A stretch of DNA of 64,000 nucleotides from Octopus bimaculoides. Lineage: Eukaryota. Below, one piece after another: positions 43,556 through 57,950 of this stretch; within the stretch, counting starts at the first letter, position 1; each line of letters opens with the position of its first letter. The notes under the pieces were generated by a model. It made no database searches. It had not been told where the DNA came from and worked only from the letters and a program-made list of their open reading frames with translations. The stretch lies in assembly GCF_001194135.2 (NCBI RefSeq), contig NC_068985.1:125869319-125933318 (forward strand), read 5' to 3'. The position numbers and the translations under genes were made by a program.

Positions 43556-44090
43556 TGAAAAGAGAGTTCAAACTGACATATGCTAATTTATTGGCATAAT
43601 ATTAATAATCCCTATAATTGTTTCGATTTAAACTCAAAACCAATAACAAATTTTTTTAAATTCCTATTTTGAAAACATTTTGAGTAAAAATCTCATCAGG
43701 GTAAAGCAGAACAAAAATTACATATTAGAAGTATATNNNNNNNNNNNNNNNNNNNNNNNNNNNNNNNNNNNNNNNNNNNNNNNNNNNNNNNNNNNNNNNN
43801 NNNNNNNNNNNNNNNNNNNNNNNNNNNNNNNNNNNNNNNNNNNNNNNNNNNNNNNNNNNNNNNNNNNNNNNNNNNNNNNNNNNNNNNNNNNNNNNNNNNN
43901 NNNNNNNNNNNNNNNNNNNNNNNNNNNNNNNNNNNNNNNNNNNNNNNNNNNNNNNNNNNNNNNNNNNNNNNNNNNNNNNNNNNNNNNNNNNNNNNNNNNN
44001 NNNNNNNNNNNNNNNNNNNNNNNNNNNNNNNNNNNNNNNNNNNNNNNNNNNNNNNNNNNNNNNNNNNNNNNNNNNNNNNNNNNNNNNNNN

Positions 44091-44125
<35 letters not shown>

Positions 44126-44921
44126 GTGTAGGCGCGTGCGCATATGTGTATGTATGCATTTATGCATGCATTAGAGTAAGAGCTCAAGTTCAATTATCTT
44201 GATGAATTAAATGAACAAAGTATTTAACTGCTGCTTATTTCATCGTACACGGAACGATGCAAGGTAAATTTGATTTGAACAAGATTTTAAATCGGAATGC
44301 AGTGGTATGTAACTAAATACTTCAATGCAGAAAATATCCATCGCTCTACGTACCAATACTGCAGCTGGTAACATGAGAGCTATCTAAGGTACGTTCGTAT
44401 CTAAGGTCTTGCTGTTTTGTTAAGTCAAGAATATGTCGTGGTTTTATTTCTCAGTTGAATCTGCCTCACTTTATTTATATTTGTATTGCCCTTAGCGATG
44501 GAATAAACAAAACGCACCTAATTTATCACTAAGAATATAATGTATGATGGATAGTAACCTGAAAGTGTTGTTCTAAAAGCGTTATGCTCAAACATTCCCA
44601 GTGAAATATGATGAAGATGATGACAATGACAACAAGGATAGCGATGACGAGAAAGGTGATCATGGGGATGACGAGGACAATAATATTTAATGCTAGTCAA
44701 CATTTTTCGAATAGACCTATAGCAAAGGACATTCCAGCTGTAACCATCTGATTTCTTCCTTTAAGAATACATTAATCAAATGTTTTCTTTTCTAAGACGG
44801 TAGGACGTAAAATTTGACAGAATTTTGACTGGCTGTCATTTCTAGTAGACGGACCGACTCAATAAAATCTGTTTCACATATGTAAGGACGTTCGTATCTA
44901 TATACGCATGTATATATGTAT

Positions 44922-45295
44922 GCGCAGGAGTGGCTGTGTGGTAGATAGCTTGCTTACCAACCACATGGTTCCGGGTTCAGTCCCACTGCGTGGAACATTG
45001 GGCATGTATCTTCTACTAAAGCTTCGGGCAGACCAAAGCCTTGTGAGAGGATTTGGTAGACGGAAACCGAAAGAAGCCCGTCGTATATATATGTATGTGT
45101 GTGTGTTTGTGTGTCTATGTTTGTCCCCCATAATCGCTTGACAACCGATGTTGGTGCGTTTACGTTCCCATAACTTAGCGGTTCGGCAAAAGGACCGATA
45201 GGATAAGTACTAGGCTTACAAAGAATAAGTGCTGGGGTCGATTTGTTCAACTAAAGGTGGTGCTCCAGCATGGCCGCAGTCAAATGACTGAAACA
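44922..45295 (+). mobile_element. SINE family B, near full length (tRNA head, CORE-like segment, internal microsatellite, 3' domain)
   Basis: gcgcaggagtggctgtgtggtag...ccgggttcagtccc (A/B boxes), cattgggcatgtatcttcta (CORE-like), an internal (TA/TG)n spacer and a 3' domain ending gactgaaaca at a gap. Confidence 0.88.
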
Positions 45296-46727
45296 NNNNN
45301 NNNNNNNNNNNNNNNNNNNNNNNNNNNNNNNNNNNNNNNNNNNNNNNNNNNNNNNNNNNNNNNNNNNNNNNNNNNNNNNNNNNNNNNNNNNNNNNNNNNN
45401 NNNNNNNNNNNNNNNNNNNNNNNNNNNNNNNNNNNNNNNNNNNNNNNNNNNNNNNNNNNNNNNNNNNNNNNNNNNNNNNNNNNNNNNNNNNNNNNNNNNN
45501 NNNNNNNNNNNNNNNNNNNNNNNNNNNNNNNNNNNNNNNNNNNNNNNNNNNNNNNNNNNNNNNNNNNNNNNNNNNNNNNNNNNNNNNNNNNNNNNNNNNN
45601 NNNNNNNNNNNNNNNNNNNNNNNNNNNNNNNNNNNNNNNNNNNNNNNNNNNNNNNNNNNNNNNNNNNNNNNNNNNNNNNNNNNNNNNNNNNNNNNNNNNN
45701 NNNNNNNNNNNNNNNNNNNNNNNNNNNNNNNNNNNNNNNNNNNNNNNNNNNNNNNNNNNNNNNNNNNNNNNNNNNNNNNNNNNNNNNNNNNNNNNNNNNN
45801 NNNNNNNNNNNNNNNNNNNNNNNNNNNNNNNNNNNNNNNNNNNNNNNNNNNNNNNNNNNNNNNNNNNNNNNNNNNNNNNNNNNNNNNNNNNNNNNNNNNN
45901 NNNNNNNNNNNNNNTATATATATATATATATATCTGTTTAGCTATAAATATATTATGAAACAATGAATGATAGAATGTAATGGTAAATGTAATGGCAAAT
46001 GGTCACTTAAAGAAGCAAAAGAAATATCGTTTACATCAAGCATTTCATGAAAAGATCAGAACTACTTTTAAAGCCGTAGGGTTTCAGGTATTCAGGATCT
46101 ATTTCTTCTGATGTGTATACTATTCCAGGTCACTGCTACTGATGAACTGCACATACTTAATCAGCTTTGAGAAATAAGTCTTTCTCCTCAACAATGAAGA
46201 CACATGCCGAGATAAAAGGATAATGTTTAGGATTAACGAGCCATATACAGAGTGAAAGGAAGCTATTAAAGAACAACTAGTAACTAAAAACAAATAGAGT
46301 AACATATATATANNNNNNNNNNNNNNNNNNNNNNNNNNNNNNNNNNNNNNNNNNNNNNNNNNNNNNNNNNNNNNNNNNNNNNNNNNNNNNNNNNNNNNNN
46401 NNNNNNNNNNNNNNNNNNNNNNNNNNNNNNNNNNNNNNNNNNNNNNNNNNNNNNNNNNNNNNNNNNNNNNNNNNNNNNNNNNNNNNNNNNNNNNNNNNNN
46501 NNNNNNNNNNNNNNNNNNNNNNNNNNNNNNNNNNNNNNNNNNNNNNNNNNNNNNNNNNNNNNNNNNNNNNNNNNNNNNNNNNNNNNNNNNNNNNNNNNNN
46601 NNNNNNNNNNNNNNNNNNNNNNNNNNNNNNNNNNNNNNNNNNNNNNNNNNNNNNNNNNNNNNNNNNNNNNNNNNNNNNNNNNNNNNNNNNNNNNNNNNNN
46701 NNNNNNNNNNNNNNNNNNNNNNNNNNN

Positions 46728-46831
<104 letters not shown>

Positions 46832-46832
46832 G

Positions 46833-47631
46833 CAAGGTGCGATGGGTAAATTGTCGCGTGCGCATTGGTTGTTTTTGATTTTGTCGACCAGTATAGTAGG
46901 GACAGTTTGGGTCAATTTGGGTCAGTCTGTGAGAAAAACACCACCAAAATGCAATTCACTCTGCCAGAAATTTGGAAGCGACGTGCTGAACTGCTTAGCA
47001 TTTGCACCGGAAGCTCCAATACGAACATTTCAGAATGTTTGGGTGTCAATCTGAGGACAGTCCAATCTGAGGACATGTATCGAGAGTGATAAAAATCAAA
47101 CATCCATCAACATCATGGTGTCTGGAGTGATCACTAGGGATGGCAAAATTATGCCTCCTCCATTCCACGCGGCCTGAGACCCCAACAAAGAGGCCTACAT
47201 CACGAACCTAGAGGAGGTAGTGATGCTTTTGGTCAAGAGGTAGCTGCTGGAAGAACCTGTATTGGCAACAGAACTCTTCACCATACCACATAAGCAAGAG
47301 AACCCAGTCAAGGCCGTACGACAATTTCTGCGACCACATCAGCCCTAACATCTGGCCACCTAACAACTCCCCCAGAATGCAACACCCTTAATTATAATGT
47401 GTGGGGTGCAGTTGACCGAGAGACTAACAAAGCTCCTTGTAACTGAAGGCAAGGATTATGGCAGCATTCACCAACTTAAATAAGGAGACCTCCAAGAAGA
47501 GTTGCTGGAGGTTTTGAAGTCGTCTGAAGGCCATGGCTGAAGCCACTGACGACTTTATTGAATGTTGAAATGAGATGTCAGTGTTATTTTCCTGTTTGCA
47601 CAATTTAGACAACAGTTTATTCACTGCACCC

Positions 47632-47633
<2 letters not shown>
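46833..47633 (+). mobile_element. Tc1/mariner DD37D (maT-type) internally deleted copy, 801 bp
   Basis: N-terminal MQFTLPEIWKRRAELLSICTGSSNTNISECLGVNLRTVQ jumps to KIKHPSTS/NIMVSGVIT...HISPNIWPPN. Imperfect terminal inverted repeats match at 16 of 24 nt. Flanked by TG (left) and TA (right). Homologous to 8089-8700. Confidence 0.88.
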
Positions 47634-47690
<57 letters not shown>

Positions 47691-48309
47691 TATCTGAAAT
47701 GGGGAATAGTTATAATTGTGTGCATTCTTAGATATATAAATTCCATTACTATTTTCGATATTTCCTTATTACCAACACCACTCGCGCAGAACGCATTCGA
47801 AAACATGCACACTGACAAAAACACACGCACACAAACACACACACACACACACACAAACATGCACACACTCACACGCTCAAACACGCTATAACCGACTGAG
47901 TGAAGGAGAAAACAAGAGAAAAGGAGCAAGAGAGGGAAAGAGAGGGGATAATGCACATAAAGAGTAACAGAAGCATACAATGGCCACTTAACGGTCTAAC
48001 ATACAGATAACAGTCACGTAGGCTTCCTTGCATTTAGGAAATGTATTTGTGTAGAGAAGTGTGTTCAGACTTCGATGGAGCTCATGTAGCAGTTTCGATT
48101 CTTGTTTAGCCCATGTTAGATATAAATCCATTTTAGATATTATCGTTGCTGCTGAATCACCAGGGATCTTGTGAAATGCAAGAAAGCCACTTAATCGCAA
48201 ATCCTTTTTAGACCGGCAATTCTTCTTATATTTAATTCCACTTCTGTTTTGCTCTCCAGAGATAAATGACATCTTGTGAATAAGTTGCATGTGTGTGTCT
48301 TTGTGTTTG

Positions 48310-48480
48310 ACACCTGGTGATGGTTCGTTTGTGCCCCCGTTATGTAGCGGTTCGGCAAAATGGAACCGGTATAATAAGTGCCAGGCCTAAAAAAATATCT
48401 ACTGTGATCGATTTGTTCGACCAAAAGCCTTGTGGGTGATGCTCCAGTATGGCCACTGTCTAACGGTTGAAACAAGTAAA
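48310..48480 (+). mobile_element. SINE family B, 3' part, diverged
   Basis: gcggttcggcaaaa...gtcgatttgttcgacc...tgctccagtatggcc...gaaacaagtaaaa. Confidence 0.7.
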
Positions 48481-48534
48481 AAATAGTGTGTGTATGTGTG
48501 TGCTTGCGTGTGTGTGTGCGTGCGTGTGTGTGTT

Positions 48535-48629
<95 letters not shown>

Positions 48630-48785
48630 CACACATTGTTAGTTTTCTTGCGTTCCAGTAATTTAAACCATTCCACAAATACCGATAGAATAAGTAGCAA
48701 ACTTAGAATAAGGGTCAAGTCGTTCCCCTCGATGAAACCCTAGAAGATAGTACCCTACCCTATCCACGATCCGATGACTAAAACA

Positions 48786-48817
<32 letters not shown>

Positions 48818-48893
48818 CAGACAGACAGACAAACAGGTAGACAGATAGATAGATTGATAGATAGATAGATAGATAGATAGNNNNNNNNNNGAT

Positions 48894-48934
<41 letters not shown>

Positions 48935-49802
48935 TATAGATAGATAGATAGATAGATAGACAAAGTTTATATTTGAAACAGGTGCAAAATGGAAATATTT
49001 ACATTTCGAAACACTTCAGGTATGTCATTACTTCGATATAATCACTAAGACGTTTCTATAGTATACATGTTTTAGACACCACGATTTCAATTGTATTACG
49101 TCTGTCTATCTGTCTGTCTGTCTGTCTGTTTGCATGTATGTACACACGCACCACACACGCGCACACACACACACACACACACATACATACATATATGCGC
49201 AGACATAGAGTGGGTGATAGAGAGGGAAGGAAACAGAGGTGAGAGAGAGGCAGGGGAAGGAAAACACGGGGAAATGATTAGAGAGAATCGTGTGGTCCTG
49301 ACAAATTCAATCAGGGCTCATTACATTCATCTTTCAAGCAGTACTTAGTATTCTTGATTGAACTTTTATGTTTATGGATCGGATCCTGTCAGCACCAATC
49401 TACCGCGATCTTGCATTTAACTATGACCAACGAAGTCCAAGTACGAAAACAATGTTTGATGTTCTCAGGTGTATAATTACGTGACATTTTGCTGGCTTCA
49501 GATATTGAAATTTACTGAAATTTATTGAAATAAATTTACTGAAATATTCTCCGATAAGATAACTTAGTTTTGTATTAAAAAAACTTGAAAAGAATATTAT
49601 AAACGAATGAAAGTGAAGAGGAAGCGGAAAATCCTGTATGTGTATAGGTTAAAAGTTAAATATACATTTATGAGTGCTTACATAACATCAATAATATTGA
49701 AGTTATGTGTGCGTGTGTGTGTGTGTGCGTGTGTCCGTGTCTACATACATATAAATATGTATGTATATATATATATATATATGTTTGTGTGTGTTTTGCA
49801 TG

Positions 49803-49858
<56 letters not shown>

Positions 49859-50038
49859 TTACTGTCAGTGATGTTTCCTATTAAAGTTTCACAGCATAGA
49901 GTGCAGTTACTAAAATACATCGTTTTAAGAGACGCAATAGTGTATTCGCATATTATATATAAAGTAGAGCAATAATGAGAATCTTGAGATTGAACATTTG
50001 CATGCTCTTGCACAAGCGCTTGGAGTCGCTAAATAGAC

Positions 50039-50103
<65 letters not shown>

Positions 50104-50111
50104 CTCGCACG

Positions 50112-50150
<39 letters not shown>

Positions 50151-51192
50151 GTATATATTCTTATATGGAATATCATAAAACGCAAGTATAAAGTTGAAAG
50201 TAAGAGAATCTAGATATTGGATTAAAAAAACCCTTATCGATAGAAAAGGGTTTTTCAACCCAATATCTAGATTCCTATATGTGTTTCGAGATAATCCCAA
50301 AAGAATTAGTTCATGCTCTCTCGGAAGTTTATGAAATGTTTTTGAAGTCAACACTACAAACATACATACATACACACACACACATATACATGCATGCACA
50401 CAGAAAGAGAGAGAGAGGGAGTGAGGGAGATATATATAATATATTGACATATGTAACACATGNNNNNNNNNNNNNNNNNNNNNNNNNNNNNNNNNNNNNN
50501 NNNNNNNNNNNNNNNNNNNNNNNNNNNNNNNNNNNNNNNNNNNNNNNNNNNNNNNNNNNNNNNNNNNNNNNNNNNNNNNNNNNNNNNNNNNNNNNNNNNN
50601 NNNNNNNNNATATATATGAATCTAAATATATATATATATATGTATATATTTGTATACATATATACACACACACAGACAACATATAAAAAGTACAGCGAGT
50701 AGCAAGAAATGATAAAATATTTATAAAACGAAAAATCAGCTTACCTTGGTTTAGTATTATATAAAATTTAGGAAGCAGATGACAACCTGACGGCAAACAA
50801 GAGATACAACACGACTGATAAAAAAATAAATTAAAAACTACACGACGTAAATAGTTCTTTATGCTTCTTCTATTGCAGTTTACTCACGTATAATTAAGAC
50901 ATTAAGCATTTGCGCGGCAATGTGTTTGAATGTTACTGACGTGTTTGCCAACCAATAGCTAGCTTTTATATTCAATCGATACACATCGCCTCTACCCACG
51001 CGAATTCTCTCATCAATTAGTGAAGACCAAAGGAAAAGAGGCGGATTGTTAAGCTGGACAAATAATGATTTAGCGGACTATTTTCTCTAAACTTATGTGA
51101 CGTGTAAAATGTTACAGAGTTTAATATATAATAAATTCACACAGACATACACACACACACATATACACACGCACATACAAACACACACACAC

Positions 51193-51254
<62 letters not shown>

Positions 51255-51423
51255 TTAAGTGTACGGAGGCGTGTATTTATTTCACTGAAATATATAAACA
51301 ATCGCAACAGGTAAATAAAATACTCGCACTAACATATACGTGTACACACGCGCGAGCGCTTACACACGCGCGAGCGCTTACACACGTAGGCAAACACATA
51401 TAAACTCAAAATCAGACAGTTAA

Positions 51424-51462
<39 letters not shown>

Positions 51463-52696
51463 TANNNNNNNNNNNNNNNNNNNNNNNNNNNNNNNNNNNN
51501 NNNNNNNNNNNNNNNNNNNNNNNNNNNNNNNNNNNNNNNNNNNNNNNNNNNNNNNNNNNNNNNNNNNNNNNNNNNNNNNNNNNNNNNNNNNNNNNNNNNN
51601 NNNNNNNNNNNNNNNNNNNNNNNNNNNNNNNNNNNNNNNNNNNNNNNNNNNNNNNNNNNNNNNNNNNNNNNNNNNNNNNNNNNNNNNNNNNNNNNNNNNN
51701 NNNNNNNNNNNNNNNNNNNNNNNNNNNNNNNNNNNNNNNNNNNNNNNNNNNNNNNNNNNNNNNNNNNNNNNNNNNNNNNNNNNNNNNNNNNNNNNNNNNN
51801 NNNNNNNNNNNNNNNNNNNNNNNNNNNNNNNNNNNNNNNNNNNNNNNNNNNNNNNNNNNNNNNNNNNNNNNNNNNNNNNNNNNNNNNNNNNNNNNNNNNN
51901 NNNNNNNNNNNNNNNNNNNNNNNNNNNNNNNNNNNNNNNNNNNNNNNNNNNNNNNNNNNNNNNNNNNNNNNNNNNNNNNNNNNNNNNNNNNNNNNNNNNN
52001 NNNNNNNNNNNNNNNNNNNNNNNNNNNNNNNNNNNNNNNNNNNNNNNNNNNNNNNNNNNNNNNNNNNNNNNNNNNNNNNNNNNNNNNNNNNNNNNNNNNN
52101 NNNNNNNNNNNNNNNNNNNNNGGCGGAATTTATTTCTTTAAAATAATAGGTGTGCACATAAACTGTAGTTTATGTTCATATAAAGGTAGATGAAAATGGA
52201 GATCGTGAAGTTAATAAAAGTTTATTATCAACAACAAATCGATCATTATCGCTTACACCTGTTTCAATTATACACAGTGAAATTAATTAAATATTAAGTT
52301 CATATTTCTGAGCATAATATCTTCAGAGAGGAAAAATATATATATACCCTTAGATGTTTTGTATGTTTATTTGTAGATTCATCACAGCAGACTAGTTTGC
52401 TATGATGAATATATGTACGTATGTATGTATGTATGTATGTATGTATGTATGTGTGTGTGTATGCATGTACGTATTTATGTATGCATACACACATACATAG
52501 ATATATGCATATATATATTTATGTATACACACACACATCCAGACACACAAATATACTGTCATTCAAAATGTAGACAAGTATCAACGTTCCATGTGGCAGG
52601 CTTGAAAATTATTAAGAGATCCTTTGTTAATGAAATCATTAGTAGTCTTGTTTAGCCAAACATAAAGAATGTTCGATATTAGAGTATATGCATATG

Positions 52697-52751
<55 letters not shown>

Positions 52752-53038
52752 CTCTCTCTCTATATATATATACACACACACACACATACATACATATATA
52801 AGGGTAAAGTTGATTTCGGTCAGGTTTCAACCGAGTACGGAAAGGCTTTAAATAGTTATCCGCTTGGTTGTCAAAACAACATAGCCACTTCGTAATATAT
52901 GTAATTAGATATATACCTACATATACTACATACGCCCACACACAAACACAAACATATGCACATGTATGGATGTATGTATCTTATATGTATATAGTGTATA
53001 TGCATATAATACATATTCATATATATGTGTACATATGA

Positions 53039-53076
<38 letters not shown>

Positions 53077-53116
53077 NNNNNNNNNNNNNNNNNNNNNNNN
53101 NNNNNNNNNNNNNNNN

Positions 53117-53188
<72 letters not shown>

Positions 53189-54682
53189 CATGTATGTATG
53201 TGTGTATGTGTGAATATATTAGTGTATGTGTCTATGTGTGTTTATAGTGTAGAGATAAATGTCATACATTCAATCCACGGGTAAGGAAATAGATGAATAG
53301 AGAGATAAGTAGATATCTCGGCATTATCACTATATTCTTATATATATATGCGAGATATCCGAAAATGAGAACATATATAATGATTCCTTACATTGCTATA
53401 TTGAGTCAAAGCCACCAGATCTATGAGCGATAAACGTATGACGTGTACCGATTATTCAAGGCTTTTGTAATGTTAGAAATGTGAAATAACTGAATCCCGA
53501 AAAGGAATCCAATCTCAAAACCGCGCTTAGCATACATGCGTACATGCATACGTCCATCCATCCATACATATATACATACATTACATACATACATGCATAC
53601 GTGCATACAGACAGACAGGGATGCATGCAAGCATACATACATATATACTTTCATATGTACCAGCATGGATACGTACTCAGATACATGAATACGTGCACAT
53701 CGATACATACAAACATACATGCACGCATACAAATGCATCAATAAAATCGCAATCTTACTCCGTCAGTTTCGACGAAAAGTACTCAGCTTTTCGCACGATG
53801 GAAATAATTATTCATTGAATGAGCATATAAGTGGCTGACTACTTCACATACTTTTCTTGTACTTATGGTATAGTCCTCAGTCAGAATCAATTTGAGATAA
53901 TGCGACAAGGCTGAAGAGTTATAATTACAGGTACAATGTAACCGGCAAGCCTCTACACAGTTTTTCTCCATCCAATTTCACTCACAAGTTTAGTTTAACT
54001 TTATGCCATAGAAATAGCCATTGCTTAAGATACCAGGCAGTGTTACAAAACCATGAACCATGGGATTATGCAGAAATGCAGAAAACTTCTTAAGCGTTTC
54101 GATAAGATGCGCCCATTTGCACTCGCACACATATCTACAGCTACACAGATTATATNNNNNNNNNNNNNNNNNNNNNNNNNNNNNNNNNNNNATATATATA
54201 TATATATATATATAATGGAGTAAGTGAAGCAAGAACACACACGGAAACGAAAAGTGTCGCTGAAGAGGTGACAGATGTGTAACGAAAGGTTTCTGGACAA
54301 TGGACAGACGCTAAAATAATAAAAACAGTAATAAAAGAGTGAAGGGGAAAAAATCTATATATAGTGCGTGCATTTATTTGGCAAAAAATAAAAAATAATA
54401 ATAAATAAAATGACCATCCCGAAATACAACAATATATATATATATATAAAGCTAACATTACATAGATTGCAATTAATAGATGCCTGTTTTATCTATTTTT
54501 TAAAAAATCAATGACCTTACACTCAAATAGAAAACGAATATATTGGTTCGGTAAAATTCGATCTTAAGCATATGATGATAACTAATATCTTTTTGTTGTC
54601 AGAAATCGAATTGTTAAAATATTTTGAATTACACAACATTTAAAATACGAATAGTCGTGCTATATATTAGCAAACGCTCTAA

Positions 54683-54860
54683 AGCGGTGAGCTGGCGGAA
54701 TAGTTAGCTTAGCGGCATTTCGTCCGTGTTTTCGTTCTCAGTTCCAATTCCACCGAGGTCGACGTTACCTTTCATCATTTCAGGGGTCGAACACATATGT
54801 CGATGCAATCGACGTACCCCATCTCCAGAATTGCTGACCTTTTGCCAACATTTGAAGCCA
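54683..54860 (+). mobile_element. SINE family A with deletions
   Basis: gcggtgagctggcggaatagttagc...ccgaggtcgacgttacctttcatcatttcaggggtcga. Confidence 0.78.
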
Positions 54861-56078
54861 GTATATTAATAACACTATAAAAATATCAAAAAATTTATTT
54901 GATTTACTGAGTAGAAGAAAATTTGAGTATTGGCAAATGCGATGAAGTCTACAGGTAAGAATATACTAGGCCTTATAAGACGGTGCTTCTGCGCGTTTTT
55001 GGTATCATTGTTCCCAGTTGCTTTATGTATCTGCCTACTGGTTTAAGAATTGCTGATAACGAGTTTTATTCGCTTCATCAGCTTTATTAACTGCAATGAT
55101 CCGCCGCAAGTTGTTTGAGTCTGGTTTGTAAAGCATTCATTCAGCGGAGTCAGTACATGATACTTCGGATTCGTCTGTTGTAAATGGTTGCATGTCTTTC
55201 TTTGTCCAGCTTATTTGCAGTTATTCGTAGCGCTCTAAGCCTTTGTCCATCTCCATTACATATGCTAGAAATATATTCTGAACACAATCGCTGCGGTTAA
55301 CTGTTGCACCCATAGCTTGAAACATCTTTATCATAGGAAGGACCAGTTCCTAAACTGTAATGGGATGCGCTTCTTTTCCACACAGTATCATTGCTTCAAA
55401 GTTATATGTGTGTGTGAGGGTTAGATTTTACTAGAAAATGGTTGACAGTGATTTCGAAGTTTCGGTTAGCTCGCTGGCATCAGAGTGATGACGGCTTTTT
55501 GTGTTCTGGCAGAAACGCAATGACACTGATGCCATGCTGTATCGGCCCAAATATTTCATTTAACATAAACCCTAGAAGTGTAGATCGAGGAGACCTCTTT
55601 ACATTGGCAACAGCCAGATTTCGTCAAGACATCTAACTAGGTCTGCACATAGATGTGCCGATAAATGTTTAACCTTGACCGACGGAGGTTAAACACAGTC
55701 GAAAGCAAACATTTTTAGTCAAGATATAATTATTACTGAGTCAAAACATCGCAAAGTTTGGATTGTATAAAATTGCTCGTTCGCATTTCCTTAAGCCGAT
55801 AATTCTGTTGGCAACGGCATTATCGTCACCACGTTGTGCCCATTCGGTCAACCATTACACATTGATGAAAAACAAAGGGGTGGATATAAGGGAAACAAGA
55901 AGCTCTCGATGAGGTGTGTCTGTAACCAAGTCTCCATCCTAAGTTAAAGCTAGCTCACATTATTTCTCCACTTAGTAAAAGATTTGTCTATTACAACATC
56001 GATATCGGCGTATACGTCTGAGCGCGTATGTGTGTCTAAATGGGTAGTTTGTATGTGTGTGCATATCTGTGTGTATGC

Positions 56079-56151
<73 letters not shown>

Positions 56152-56207
56152 CATATATTTATATATGTATAGATGTATATAATATATATGTACACACACA
56201 CACACAC

Positions 56208-56242
<35 letters not shown>

Positions 56243-56248
56243 CATACA

Positions 56249-56284
<36 letters not shown>

Positions 56285-57639
56285 TATANNNNNNNNNNNN
56301 NNNNNNNNNNNNNNNNNNNNNNNNNNNNNNNNNNNNNNNNNNNNNNNNNNNNNNNNNNNNNNNNNNNNNNNNNNNNNNNNNNNNNNNNNNNNNNNNNNNN
56401 NNNNNNNNNNNNNNNNNNNNNNNNNNNNNNNNNNNNNNNNNNNNNNNNNNNNNNNNNNNNNNNNNNNNNNNNNNNNNNNNNNNNNNNNNNNNNNNNNNNN
56501 NNNNNNNNNNNNNNNNNNNNNNNNNNNNNNNNNNNNNNNNNNNNNNNNNNNNNNNNNNNNNNNNNNNNNNNNNNNNNNNNNNNNNNNNNNNNNNNNNNNN
56601 NNNNNNNNNNNNNNNNNNNNNNNNNNNNNNNNNNNNNNNNNNNNNNNNNNNNNNNNNNNNNNNNNNNNNNNNNNNNNNNNNNNNNNNNNNNNNNNNNNNN
56701 NNNNNNNNNNNNNNNNNNNNNNNNNNNNNNNNNNNNNNNNNNNNNNNNNNNNNNNNNNNNNNNNNNNNNNNNNNNNNNNNNNNNNNNNNNNNNNNNNNNN
56801 NNNNNNNNNNNNNNNNNNNNNNNNNNNNNNNNNNNNNNNNNNNNNNNNNNNNNNNNNNNNNNNNNNNNNNNNNNNNNNNNNNNNNNNNNNNNNNNNNNNN
56901 NNNNNNNNNNNNNNNNNNNNNNNNNNNNNNNNNNNNNNNNNNNNNNNNNNNNNNNNNNNNNNNNNNNNNNNNNNNNNNNNNNNNNNNNNNNNNNNNNNNN
57001 NNNNNNNNNNNNNNNNNNNNNNNNNNNNNNNNNNNNNNNNNNNNNNNNNNNNNNNNNNNNNNNNNNNNNNNNNNNNNNTGTAATATGTATGTATGTACGT
57101 ATGTATGTATGTATGTATGTATGTATGTATGCATGCATGCATGTATGTATGTATGTATGTATGTATGTATGTATGTATGAAGGCTGGCATGTTCGCGTGA
57201 AATCATCGAAGCGTCTGGAATAACGGCCAAACTATACTAAACTAATGATTATGTATGCAAGTATATCAGTATGTATGTACGTACATATGTTTATATACAT
57301 GCAGGTATTCATGTATATATGTGCACTAGTTAGAATATTATCAAGCCCCAATGCCGTTGTAGATGTGTATGTTTTAATGTACGTATATTTACAAATGCGT
57401 ATGTCTGCTTGTCTACACGCGTGTATTCACTTTTTTATAGGCTAAACTTTTGGATTATTTGTTAAATTTGCAAAACATCACACGTAAGCGAGGGATCAGC
57501 GATGTGCAGGTACAGGTGTAGCTGTGTGCTATGGAGTTTGTTTCTCATCGAGATGCTTTCGCGTTGTATGTATGTATGTATGTATGCATGTGTGTGTGCA
57601 TGTATGTATGTATGTACGTGTGTATGTGAGTATTTGTGT

Positions 57640-57950
57640 CTGTGTTTACCCCACCCTGCTATCGCTTGACAATCGATGCTGGTGTGTTTATGTGCCCGCA
57701 ACGCAGCGGTTCGGCAAAAGGACCAAATAAAATGTGTGTGTGTGTGTGTGTGTGTTTGTTTCTCTTCTACCACCACTTGACAACCGGTGTTGGTGTTTTT
57801 ACGTTCCCATAATTTTGCAATTCGGCAGAAGAAACCGACAGAATAAGTACAAGGCTTAAAGAAACAAAAAGGACTGGTGTCGATTCGTTCGACTAAAATT
57901 CTTCAAGGCGGTGCCCCAGCCTGGCCGCAATTTAATAACTGAAACAAAAA
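57640..57950 (+). mobile_element. Two tandem 3' parts of SINE family B
   Basis: cgcttgacaatcgatgctggtgtg at about 57664 and cacttgacaaccggtgttggtgtt at about 57775, separated by (TG)n. Confidence 0.75.

Noticed and set aside
47988-48290. 100-aa minus-strand non-repetitive ORF (MQLIHKMSFISGEQ...)
   Set aside because: No recognisable domain, no convincing splice pair, and a length within chance expectation.
51343-51386. 18-bp direct repeat tacacacgcgcgagcgct (2.4 copies)
   Set aside because: Simple local slippage duplication with no spacers. Not CRISPR-like or otherwise informative.
54980-55900. Complex sequence with partially open minus-strand frames (DKGLERYE*...LYKPDSNNLRRII)
   Set aside because: Probably an old transposon relic, but no diagnostic motif could be identified.
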